A stretch of 64,000 nt of DNA from Salinivirgaceae bacterium (GTDB taxonomy: Bacteria > Bacteroidota > Bacteroidia > Bacteroidales > SZUA-534), in contig JAKSOL010000006.1 of NCBI GenBank assembly GCA_024405635.1, positions 1-64,000 on the forward strand, read 5' to 3'. The notes under the pieces are model-generated. The model had not been told where the DNA came from. It saw nothing but the letters and a program-made list of their open reading frames with translations, and did not search any database. The translations under genes were made by a program, and so were the position numbers. Shown piece by piece: positions 8,822 to 17,446 of the stretch; the stretch's first letter is position 1, and every line of letters begins with the position of its first letter.

Positions 8822-9116
8822 GTTCTCTAATTAAATGCATAATTGCAGCAACTGGATGATACCACATTATGCGAGGACCGGCATAACGCATTGCCTGACG
8901 CATGTGCTCTTTCATGTCTGGCTTGTAGCAATGGATGGGACACTTCTTACAAGTTGGTTTCTGCTCTCCAAACTTGCAATGGTCCAAACGGTTGCAAGCA
9001 TATTCGAGAAGGGCTGAGCATTCCTCACAAAGACCATTGCTCGTGTGCTTCTTCCCATGGCAGTAAATCTCCACCATCTGACGAACGGTTTTCTTTTCTT
9101 GTTCTATTCGTGTCAT
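8808..9116 (-). CDS. Nitrous oxide-stimulated promoter family protein (YgbA-like)
   Basis: YC..H...LCEEC..LLEYA..RLDHC.FG..KPTCKKCPIHCYKP..MRYAGPRIM. Confidence 0.88.
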   Translation of the reverse strand: MTRIEQEKKTVRQMVEIYCHGKKHTSNGLCEECSALLEYACNRLDHCKFGEQKPTCKKCPIHCYKPDMKEHMRQAMRYAGPRIMWYHPVAAIMHLIRELPKQ

Positions 9117-9187
9117 TTCTCGTCTTCTGGTAGGCAACGAGGTGGTTTGCTTTGTTCTTTTCTGCTTAGTTGCTGTATATCAGACTT

Positions 9188-10555
9188 TTATTTTCCGATG
9201 CAAAAGTGGCTGAAGATATTTCCAAGCACCTCATCGGGGGTTATTTCGCTGCCGGTGATGCCCGATAGATGTTTTATCACATCGTGAATGTCGAGAGCAA
9301 GCAAGTCGGTTGTTAGGTTGTTGCGTAAGTTTTGTTGAGCGCGTTCAAGCGATTCTTGAGCCAACAGCAATGCGTTGTAGTGACGGGCGTTGGTTATAAT
9401 TACGTCGTTTGCCGAAAGTTGGCGTTGCTTGGCAAAGTTGCTTATAGTGTCGAGTAGCACGCTCAAATTGCCATTTTTAGCCGATATTGAAACCACTGTT
9501 TCGCCAGTTTTGATGGTTGGCACGCCAAGGTCGGTTTTGTTAATCACCACAACCAAGTTGGCATCGCTAGCCATGTGGCTTTTTATGTTTAATAGCGATT
9601 CGGCAATTTTTTCTTCGCTGTCGGTTGGTTCAAACAGAGCCAAAACAATTTCGGCTTGACCAATTTTGCTGAAAGTGCGTTCAATGCCCAACTGCTCAAT
9701 AGTGTTGGTAGTTTGGCGAATGCCCGCAGTGTCAATAAATCGATAGGTAAAACCATCGAGGCAAAAAGTGTCTTCAATCACATCGCGAGTGGTGCCTGCA
9801 ATGTCGCTTACAATGGCTTTTTCTTCGTGCAAAATGGCGTTTAGTAGGGTAGATTTGCCAACGTTTGGTTCGCCAACAATGGCAACGGGAATACCGTTTT
9901 TAATTGAATTTCCAAGGCTGAACGATTTAAGCAGCTTGCCAATTTCGGTTGCAATGTTGTTCATCAACTCTTCTAGTTGGTCGCGATTGGCAAATTCCAC
10001 ATCTTCTTCGCTAAAATCGAGTTCCAATTCAACCAACGAAACCACATTAAGTAGTTGAGCGCGAAGACTTTGCAATTCGTTGCTGATGCCACCACGCATT
10101 TGGTTCATTGCCACACGATGCGACGCTTGACTGTTTGATGCAATAAGGTCGGCTACGGCTTCGGCCTGACTCAAATCCATTTTTCCGTTCAAAAAAGCAC
10201 GTTGGGTAAATTCGCCAGGCATGGCCATTCGTGCACCGTTGCGCATCATTGCTTGCAAAATTTGCTGCTGAATGTATTGCGAACCATGGCAACCAAACTC
10301 AACAATATCGTCGCCAGTAAAGCTATGTGGCGCACGAAAAATGGTTGCAACAACCTCGTCAATGGTTTCGCCGTTACTCACAATGTAGCCAAAGTGTGCT
10401 GTGTGCGATTTTTGTTCAGCAAGTTTAATTCCGCGTGGCGAACTAAAAATTTTGTCGGCAATGGCAACCGATTCTTCACCGCTTAAACGTATTAGAGCAA
10501 TGGCTCCGCTGCCTGCGGCTGTCGATATGGCGCAAATTGTGTCTGATGTGTGCAT
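9188..10555 (-). CDS. mnmE: tRNA modification GTPase MnmE (TrmE)
   Basis: DTICAIST, GEPNVGKS, DTAG, NKTD, terminal FCIGK; start placed at MHTSDT. Confidence 0.97.
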   Translation of the reverse strand: MHTSDTICAISTAAGSGAIALIRLSGEESVAIADKIFSSPRGIKLAEQKSHTAHFGYIVSNGETIDEVVATIFRAPHSFTGDDIVEFGCHGSQYIQQQILQAMMRNGARMAMPGEFTQRAFLNGKMDLSQAEAVADLIASNSQASHRVAMNQMRGGISNELQSLRAQLLNVVSLVELELDFSEEDVEFANRDQLEELMNNIATEIGKLLKSFSLGNSIKNGIPVAIVGEPNVGKSTLLNAILHEEKAIVSDIAGTTRDVIEDTFCLDGFTYRFIDTAGIRQTTNTIEQLGIERTFSKIGQAEIVLALFEPTDSEEKIAESLLNIKSHMASDANLVVVINKTDLGVPTIKTGETVVSISAKNGNLSVLLDTISNFAKQRQLSANDVIITNARHYNALLLAQESLERAQQNLRNNLTTDLLALDIHDVIKHLSGITGSEITPDEVLGNIFSHFCIGK

Positions 10556-10824
10556 AACGTTTGGCTTTTTTTTAGTTAGCAAAAGTAACCTTATTTATGG
10601 TGTTCACATTGCAAAATCAACGGTTTGCGTTGGCTCAAAATCGTCTATTTCTTAACATTCAAATGTTTACATCTTAATAATAGAATAAGTGAAAAAAGAC
10701 TATAAAATATGATAAAATTCACACTTGTAAGTGTATCTTTGCACGACTAAATTCCGTTTTAGATGTTGTTGATGTTGATAATTATACGCATCTGAATGAA
10801 AAAGTAATAAAACTGTAATCTATT

Positions 10825-11643
10825 ATGATTGAGCAACTTGAGTATATTAAGCATACTGATAGTGGTAATTTTTTCTTGTTAGCCGGACCATGTGTTGTTG
10901 AGAGCGAGGCTTTGGTTATGGAAGTTGCCGAAAAGGTTAAAACCATTACCGATAAACTATCAATTCCGTATGTATTTAAAGCATCGTATCGTAAGGCCAA
11001 CCGTAGCCGTCGCGATAGTTTTACTGGCATTGGCGATGAAAAAGCATTGCAACTTTTAGCAAAAGTTCGTCGCGAATTGGAATTGCCAGTTGTTACCGAT
11101 ATACATAGTGCTGACGAGGCTGAAATGGCTGCACAATATGTTGATATTCTGCAAATTCCTGCCTTTTTGTGCCGTCAAACCGATTTGCTTGAAGCTGCAG
11201 CAAAAACTGGTAAAATAGTTAACATTAAAAAAGGTCAGTTTTTGGCTCCTGAGGCTATGCAATTTGCTGCAAATAAAGTGGTTGAATGTGGCAACAACAA
11301 TGTAATGCTTACCGACCGAGGTACCACTTTTGGTTATCAAGATTTGATAATCGATTATCGTGGAATACCCACAATGAAACAATTTGGTTTTCCGGTAGTG
11401 CTCGATATTACTCACTCGTTGCAGCAACCAAACCAAACTTCGGGAGTAACCGGTGGGCGCCCCGATTTGATTGAAACAGTTGCTAAAGCTGGTATTGCTG
11501 TTGGCGTTGATGGTATTTTTCTTGAAACACACCCAAATCCTGCAGTTGCCTTGTCCGACGGAGCAAACATGTTGCGGTTAGATTTGTTAGAGAATCTTCT
11601 AACCAAATTGGTGGCAATTCGTCAGGTAGTTAATAAACTGTAA
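10825..11643 (+). CDS. kdsA: KDO 8-phosphate synthase
   Basis: AGPCVVE, KANRS, QIPAFLCRQTDL, NIKKGQF; TATCTTTG box at 10734-10741. Confidence 0.97.
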   Translation: MIEQLEYIKHTDSGNFFLLAGPCVVESEALVMEVAEKVKTITDKLSIPYVFKASYRKANRSRRDSFTGIGDEKALQLLAKVRRELELPVVTDIHSADEAEMAAQYVDILQIPAFLCRQTDLLEAAAKTGKIVNIKKGQFLAPEAMQFAANKVVECGNNNVMLTDRGTTFGYQDLIIDYRGIPTMKQFGFPVVLDITHSLQQPNQTSGVTGGRPDLIETVAKAGIAVGVDGIFLETHPNPAVALSDGANMLRLDLLENLLTKLVAIRQVVNKL

Positions 11644-11654
11644 AGCAGTAGTTT

Positions 11655-13547
11655 ATGTTGCAACAAGAGCGCAGTATTCGATATCAAATAGTGATGGGCA
11701 TAGTAATGCCTATTTTTATGGTATTGTCGTTCATTACAGTTATGATTATTAGGTATCAAGTTGAGCAACTTGACAACACAACACTTGTGCAACATAATAT
11801 GGTTGTGTCTGAAATGCGCTCGGCATGGATATCGTATGCTAACCAGGAGGAGGCCAAAGCTGAGTTTGAAAAACAACAATTAGCTAGCATAAGCAAACGT
11901 GTGGTTGATAAATTGGTGCAGATGCCTAAAGACGTGCAATACATAAACCTTGTGCAACTATGCCTTGACATGGGAATAGACACTTCGGTTTTTGATATTT
12001 GCATTGTTAACCGTGATGGTAGAGTAGTGAATACCAGTGGTTTTCCTCGTTACAACTACAATTATTTTACTGACGAGCCATCGTTTGTAAAGTTCTTTGA
12101 ACAAACATTTGCCAAATACAAGTTCCGTTGTCGTCACTCATATTTCGATGTTGTTGACTTATGCGTAAAGCGCGAATCGTTTCAGCCTATACTCAACAAC
12201 TCATACATGTTTGTTGTGAACTATAAGAGCGACGAACTAACCAAGTATTATACTGCTATTTGCAATATTACTGACGAGCAGATTAAACTTGTGCCAAACA
12301 TCAATATCCCCAAATGGTATCAAATGTCAAGCTTTCCGCGCGAAGTAAAAACTCGAAGCCCATTTCCTCAAAAGCACCTTAAGTATATTGAAAAAATAGA
12401 GCGCGAAGGAGCAATAACCTTTACCGAGAATAGGCATGTATACAGCTACTTCAAGTTTAACGATGTTGAAAACGACATTTTCAAGTATTCAATTATTTCG
12501 GTTATGAGTAACCAAGAACTCGACCAATTGAAAATATTGTGGATATGCTTGAGATTGGTTGTCTCATTGTTGTTTGTGTTTTTGTTTGTTTACTGGCTGC
12601 TCATGCGTAAGATTAAACCAATTTTTATTTCGGTCGATAATCTTACCAACGCCATTTGCAACATGACCGAGACTAACCAATATGGTTATCTTGAACTATC
12701 GGAGTATCAGGGATTTGAAAATATATCGCAACAAATAAACGGACTAATTGACCGTGTGGTAGCAAAGCGCGACGAAGTGATAAGTAATTCAACAGTAAAT
12801 GGTGAATCTGAATGGTTTAGACTTACATCGTTGCTCGATATTCAAAATACTATGATGAGCAGTCCGATGACATTGTCAGATGTGTTTGAAAAATCGTTTT
12901 TATATAACAAACCTGCTCAAGTGGTTGGTGGCGATTTTTGCTGGGTAGCCAAAGTTGACAATGTTCGAATTGTGGTTGTTGGCGACTGTTCAGGTGGTAG
13001 TGCTATTGGTTCGGCCATGTCAACCATTTGTATGGCCATTTTGCAAAATATTGTAAATGTGCAAGGTGTAACCGAGCCGTCAGAAATAGTAACTCGCCTT
13101 AACGACCAATTATATAACCAAATTTGCTATAGCCGCAACAATATGTCGATTGGTGTAAATATTTCGGCTTGTAGTATTAATAATCAGCGACTTACATACT
13201 TTGGTGCTCGCCAAACAATGTTGCTTGTACACGACGGAAGAGTACGTTCAATTGATTGTATGCAAGTTGTATTAGGCGAAAAACTTTTTGCCGATATGGC
13301 TCTACATTCGGTTAATGTTGATTTGGCCAAAGGCGACAGCATATACTTGTTTACCAAGGGAATGGCGCAACAATTTAATGCCGATATGTCGGAAAAATTT
13401 GGTTTCAATCGCTTCCGCAACACTATTAAGCAACTCTCAACTTTGCCAATTAACGAGCGGATTGATGCTTTGGATAAACAATTTAACGATTGGAAAAACA
13501 ATGGCACTCAAACCGACGACATGATGGTTGTTGGCATTGACTTGTAA
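11655..13547 (+). CDS. Membrane sensor with SpoIIE/PP2C-type phosphatase domain
   Basis: Two TM segments; VGGDF, VGDCSG, QTDD motifs. Confidence 0.8.
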   Translation: MLQQERSIRYQIVMGIVMPIFMVLSFITVMIIRYQVEQLDNTTLVQHNMVVSEMRSAWISYANQEEAKAEFEKQQLASISKRVVDKLVQMPKDVQYINLVQLCLDMGIDTSVFDICIVNRDGRVVNTSGFPRYNYNYFTDEPSFVKFFEQTFAKYKFRCRHSYFDVVDLCVKRESFQPILNNSYMFVVNYKSDELTKYYTAICNITDEQIKLVPNINIPKWYQMSSFPREVKTRSPFPQKHLKYIEKIEREGAITFTENRHVYSYFKFNDVENDIFKYSIISVMSNQELDQLKILWICLRLVVSLLFVFLFVYWLLMRKIKPIFISVDNLTNAICNMTETNQYGYLELSEYQGFENISQQINGLIDRVVAKRDEVISNSTVNGESEWFRLTSLLDIQNTMMSSPMTLSDVFEKSFLYNKPAQVVGGDFCWVAKVDNVRIVVVGDCSGGSAIGSAMSTICMAILQNIVNVQGVTEPSEIVTRLNDQLYNQICYSRNNMSIGVNISACSINNQRLTYFGARQTMLLVHDGRVRSIDCMQVVLGEKLFADMALHSVNVDLAKGDSIYLFTKGMAQQFNADMSEKFGFNRFRNTIKQLSTLPINERIDALDKQFNDWKNNGTQTDDMMVVGIDL

Positions 13548-13655
13548 TTTTTTTATAATTGTCCCAAAATCAGTTTTTATGTATTTGCAAAGCAATCACA
13601 CTCTTGGTTTAACTGCTATTCAGTTTGTTGCCAGTGCTTTGTGCGCTTGCCGCAA

Positions 13656-13685
13656 ATACATACATACATACATACATACATACAT
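13656..13685. repeat. (ATAC)7 simple sequence repeat
   Basis: Seven perfect ATAC units plus AT in the intergenic region. Confidence 0.95.
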
Positions 13686-13729
13686 GCACCGCTAATAGTC
13701 GAAAAAAAATACAGAGCTAAAAGAATAAC

Positions 13730-13770
13730 AAAGCCGGCAAATTGTATAACGCAATTTGTCGGCTTTTTTT
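13730..13770 (+). terminator. Intrinsic terminator-like hairpin
   Basis: aaagccggcaaattg...caatttgtcggctttttt. Confidence 0.7.
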
Positions 13771-13804
13771 GTTGAATTTCAATAATTTACAAATACAAAA
13801 TATT

Positions 13805-15091
13805 ATGAAACTAAACACCACCAAACTACTAATTGCTGCATTAGCATTGTGCGGCACATGCTTTTTAAGTTGCGAGAAAGAAGAATCATTTTCTCCAGAA
13901 AAATTTGCAGAAAAAATACTTATGGATGAAAATATTGAGATTGAAGAAACAGTAGGTTCATTTGAGGTAGCTATAAGTGTCAAATTTAATAATTGGGATC
14001 CAGAAAAATTAAATAATTGTTGTATATTAATATATACTAACCCCCAAGATGATTGTGAATATTATTCAATTTCAAAGAGTGAGCACGTTTCATGCTATTT
14101 TTCAGATTTATTGCCCAATACAACTTATTATTATAAGGTGGGTGTTGGTGTAAAAAATGATGTGGAGGTATACAGGAAAGGAGAATTACGTTCCTTTACT
14201 ACAGCACCAGCAACACTACTTACAAGCGAAAAAACTGAACGCGATATTACAAGTCTATCAGTTACAGGAACATCGGCTACATATACGCTTATTGATACCA
14301 CATATAAACCAGTTGTTAACCTTTATTATTCAACAAGGAAAACAATATTATCAGCCGATTCAATTAAAAATGCTGATTATGTTCAAATAACATTAAATGG
14401 TTCTGGAGTAAAGAACGAATGCGCAACAATAAAATATTTAAATAAAGCAACTGAATACTATATATGTGCAGATTATGCTTTTGACAAATCGCACAGTTGT
14501 ATGAGTTATATTATTAGTACATATACATATCCATTTTCATACACAGCCAAAGCTGTTGATTTAGGATTGTCAGTTTTGTGGGCTGATAGAAATGTTGGAG
14601 CTGCTAGTGATACAGATCAAGGAGAGGCTTTTCATTTTGGAGACACCATTAAATTTAATGATAACTATAAAAGAGTTGCAGATGAGGATTTATGGACATC
14701 AAAAGACACAATGTATGTAGATTGTTTTCGAGATAACGTAGTTGATATATGTGGTAATCCTAAATATGACGCTGCAGCTGCAAAATTGGGTAATGGATGG
14801 AGAATGCCAAATAAGGAGGAAGTGGAAGAATTAATTGAAAAATGTACCTTCAAGAGAATAGAGTTAATAGTTCCAGATAGGTTTGATAGAGCCCTCCTTG
14901 AAGTAACTGGACCAAATGGTAATACTATGATAGTATATTTGGCTAATAGCATTGGAAGCTGCGTACCATATTGGCTAGGTATTGAAACGTTCAAAAATTA
15001 TCCTCAATATTTTGAACAAAAAGATAAATTAATTATTGGCAATGCATATCGAGGTTATTCAGCCCTAATACGTCCCGTTCGTTCGAAGTAA
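13805..15091 (+). CDS. Surface lipoprotein with FN3-like region and C-terminal C-type-lectin-fold (DUF1566-like) domain
   Basis: Lipobox FLSC; LLPNTTYYY; AVDLGLSVLWADRNVGA, GWRMP..EE..EL, GPNGN, terminal IRPV; AT-rich. Confidence 0.7.
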   Translation: MKLNTTKLLIAALALCGTCFLSCEKEESFSPEKFAEKILMDENIEIEETVGSFEVAISVKFNNWDPEKLNNCCILIYTNPQDDCEYYSISKSEHVSCYFSDLLPNTTYYYKVGVGVKNDVEVYRKGELRSFTTAPATLLTSEKTERDITSLSVTGTSATYTLIDTTYKPVVNLYYSTRKTILSADSIKNADYVQITLNGSGVKNECATIKYLNKATEYYICADYAFDKSHSCMSYIISTYTYPFSYTAKAVDLGLSVLWADRNVGAASDTDQGEAFHFGDTIKFNDNYKRVADEDLWTSKDTMYVDCFRDNVVDICGNPKYDAAAAKLGNGWRMPNKEEVEELIEKCTFKRIELIVPDRFDRALLEVTGPNGNTMIVYLANSIGSCVPYWLGIETFKNYPQYFEQKDKLIIGNAYRGYSALIRPVRSK

Positions 15092-15174
15092 TAGTTAAAA
15101 CAACTTTTGATACAATTCTTGTATGCGATTTTTAGCTTCTTCTTTTTTTTAGTATAGGAATAGAAACACCCAAC

Positions 15175-15212
15175 AAAAAAAGCCGATGCTTGTATTAGCA
15201 TCGGCTTTTTTT
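15175..15212. terminator. Bidirectional terminator
   Basis: A-tract gccgatgct..agcatcggc T-tract between convergent genes. Confidence 0.85.
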
Positions 15213-15232
15213 ATGAAAAGCAAGGCCGTTGG

Positions 15233-17170
15233 TTACATAATAACCAAGCCACCGTTTTGAGGAATAGAAACCTTAACGGTTTTCTTTTTGGTCATTTTAG
15301 CTTGTTTAAGCGAACTATTAAGTTTAGCATCGTCGCAGTAAATGCTATAAGTGTTGCCAAGGTCAAAATCGGCAAGATTAAGAGTCAAGGACAAAGGTTT
15401 TTCGTCGGCATTAATACCAACAATGTACCATTTGTTGCCCGAGCGGCGAGCCATTACAACATATTTGCCAGGATAACCATCAATAAATTTAACCTCGTCC
15501 CATAGGGTAGGAACGTTTTTCATAAAGTTGATGGCCCATTCTGGAGCGTCTTCAAGGTTGTTTGGTGCAAGAGCAAAATGTTGCACTGGGCTTTGGAAAA
15601 TAACAGCAGTAGCCAAAGCAAACACATCGCTAGTGCGGCGAGTGTTGCCGCGTGTTCCGTCAAAACCCCAATGTTTGTTAAGAGCGCTGCCGCCAAAATC
15701 CATGTTGCCAACTGTATTGCGAATAAATGGGTGCATGGTGGCGTTAAATGCCTCTTTGTCGCATTCGGCTTGACCAAAGAAAAGGTTTTCGCTAGCGCGA
15801 ACAGCCTCAGCTGCTACAAAGTTTGGATACATTTTTTCCCAACCGCGAGGTAGTGTGCAGCCGTGGAAAATAATGTTTAGACCGTAGTCGTTGGCATCGC
15901 TCAAAATATCTTCATACAAGCGCATGGTTTCTTGTTTATCGCCGCCAAAAAAGTCAATTTTTAAGCCTCGAACACCAATGTCTTTCAACCATTTCATTTC
16001 GGCCTTGCGGTTAATAGCGCGACCCATAATGCCGCGAGGACCTTGTGGAGCGTGGTTCCAATATCCGTTTGAGTTATACCAAAGGTAAATGCCAACATTT
16101 TTAGATGCAGCGTATTTAACTAGCTCTTCCATTTTTTCGTAGCCAATTTGAGTGTCCCACATGGCATCAATTAGCACAGTTTGGTAACCCATGGCAGCGC
16201 TAAAGTCAATGTAGTTTTTTTGCTCGTCGTAGTTGCACGATGGATCCATTTTCATAATCCAACTCCACGAACCACGTCCGTAAACAAACTCTTTGCTTGC
16301 TGCGTATTGCTCTTCAACCAAGTCCCAAGCAACTGTTGTTTCAACAATTGGAGCCAAAGTTTTGCCAAGTGTGATGGTGCGCCAAGGAGTGCTGAAAGGA
16401 AGAGAAACTCCTGGCGAAACTTGTCCGTTGCCGTTGTTCTCTTTTTCTTGTGGGAAACCAATTTTATAGCTATTGCCTTCAACATTTAGTAAGCGCGAAC
16501 CGCAATAAGCGCTAGTTACGCCAGTTTCGCTAATAAGCAACCAACCTTTGTCGCCGTTGCGGAAAAGGCAAGGAAAGGTGTAACCCTCGTTCCACCCGTT
16601 TTTGCCTGTAGCGTCGTCGGCAGTGTAGTGAGTTTCGTAGCTTGGAGCGGTGCCTGCAAAACCTGTCATTGGCAACATTTGTGGGCAAAGAAAGGTGGTT
16701 GAGCCCTCAGGTACCACAAAACCAGTAGCTTCTTCTTTCACAATTGAAGCGTAAAAGTCGTTTTTAGGTTGAAGAATGTTGTAGCGAAAAGCAACATCGC
16801 GGTTGCTAATGTTCCATTCAACTTGCAAAGCGTCTTTGTTTTCGCGTTGAAAAGTAACTATTGCCGAGTTTGCCTCGTAATGCACCTTTGGTTGTTTAAT
16901 AGTTGGAACTGTGTAGTCTTGGCTAATGCTGCGAGTTTTAACATCGGTTATGGATAAACCTTGACTCAAATCAGCAAAGTCGGTTACAAGACCAAGAGGC
17001 GAGTTTTGCATAAACTCAACACCGTTAAGTGCAATGCTGTAGGTTGGTTTGCCGTTGTCGTCTGACACAGTAACCACAATTTGCCCATTAGGACTTTTAA
17101 CAGTTTCGGTACGCGCTATCGCACTAGTTAGTGGAAGCATAGCCGATAAAAGAATCAGTAGTTTTTTCAT
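15233..17170 (-). CDS. Glycoside hydrolase family 97
   Basis: VKSPNG N-terminus, TPWRTI, YIDF, GLKIDFF, FHGCTLPRGW, GYPGKYVVMARR; start placed at MKKLLILL. Confidence 0.9.
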   Translation of the reverse strand: MKKLLILLSAMLPLTSAIARTETVKSPNGQIVVTVSDDNGKPTYSIALNGVEFMQNSPLGLVTDFADLSQGLSITDVKTRSISQDYTVPTIKQPKVHYEANSAIVTFQRENKDALQVEWNISNRDVAFRYNILQPKNDFYASIVKEEATGFVVPEGSTTFLCPQMLPMTGFAGTAPSYETHYTADDATGKNGWNEGYTFPCLFRNGDKGWLLISETGVTSAYCGSRLLNVEGNSYKIGFPQEKENNGNGQVSPGVSLPFSTPWRTITLGKTLAPIVETTVAWDLVEEQYAASKEFVYGRGSWSWIMKMDPSCNYDEQKNYIDFSAAMGYQTVLIDAMWDTQIGYEKMEELVKYAASKNVGIYLWYNSNGYWNHAPQGPRGIMGRAINRKAEMKWLKDIGVRGLKIDFFGGDKQETMRLYEDILSDANDYGLNIIFHGCTLPRGWEKMYPNFVAAEAVRASENLFFGQAECDKEAFNATMHPFIRNTVGNMDFGGSALNKHWGFDGTRGNTRRTSDVFALATAVIFQSPVQHFALAPNNLEDAPEWAINFMKNVPTLWDEVKFIDGYPGKYVVMARRSGNKWYIVGINADEKPLSLTLNLADFDLGNTYSIYCDDAKLNSSLKQAKMTKKKTVKVSIPQNGGLVIM

Positions 17171-17446
17171 ATTTATAATGTTTACGATGATGCGAATATA
17201 ACTTTTTGAGTTAAAAAAGTAAAATGTACTTTTAATTTTTTTACTCAATATTGAAAACAATTTAATGACAAATTATTGATGGATATAGTTTGTAACTATT
17301 TGCATTATAGCGTATTGTGTTGTTGGGGGTTTGCTCAATTGTCTATTTTTTTACTATTTTAAAATTTAAAATATGTACTTTCTACATAAATAATTGTTTC
17401 TTTGCGATAGGCACTTAAGTGCCATAAAACCATTAACTATTTTTAT

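Larger units (their letters stand above)
1..9190. mobile_element. Putative genomic island adjoining the 3' end of mnmE (other boundary outside the window)
   Basis: Visible codon-usage shift (AAG/GAG/ATC-rich versus AAA/GAA/ATT in the backbone), accessory cargo and phage debris; no integrase in the window. Confidence 0.55.
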
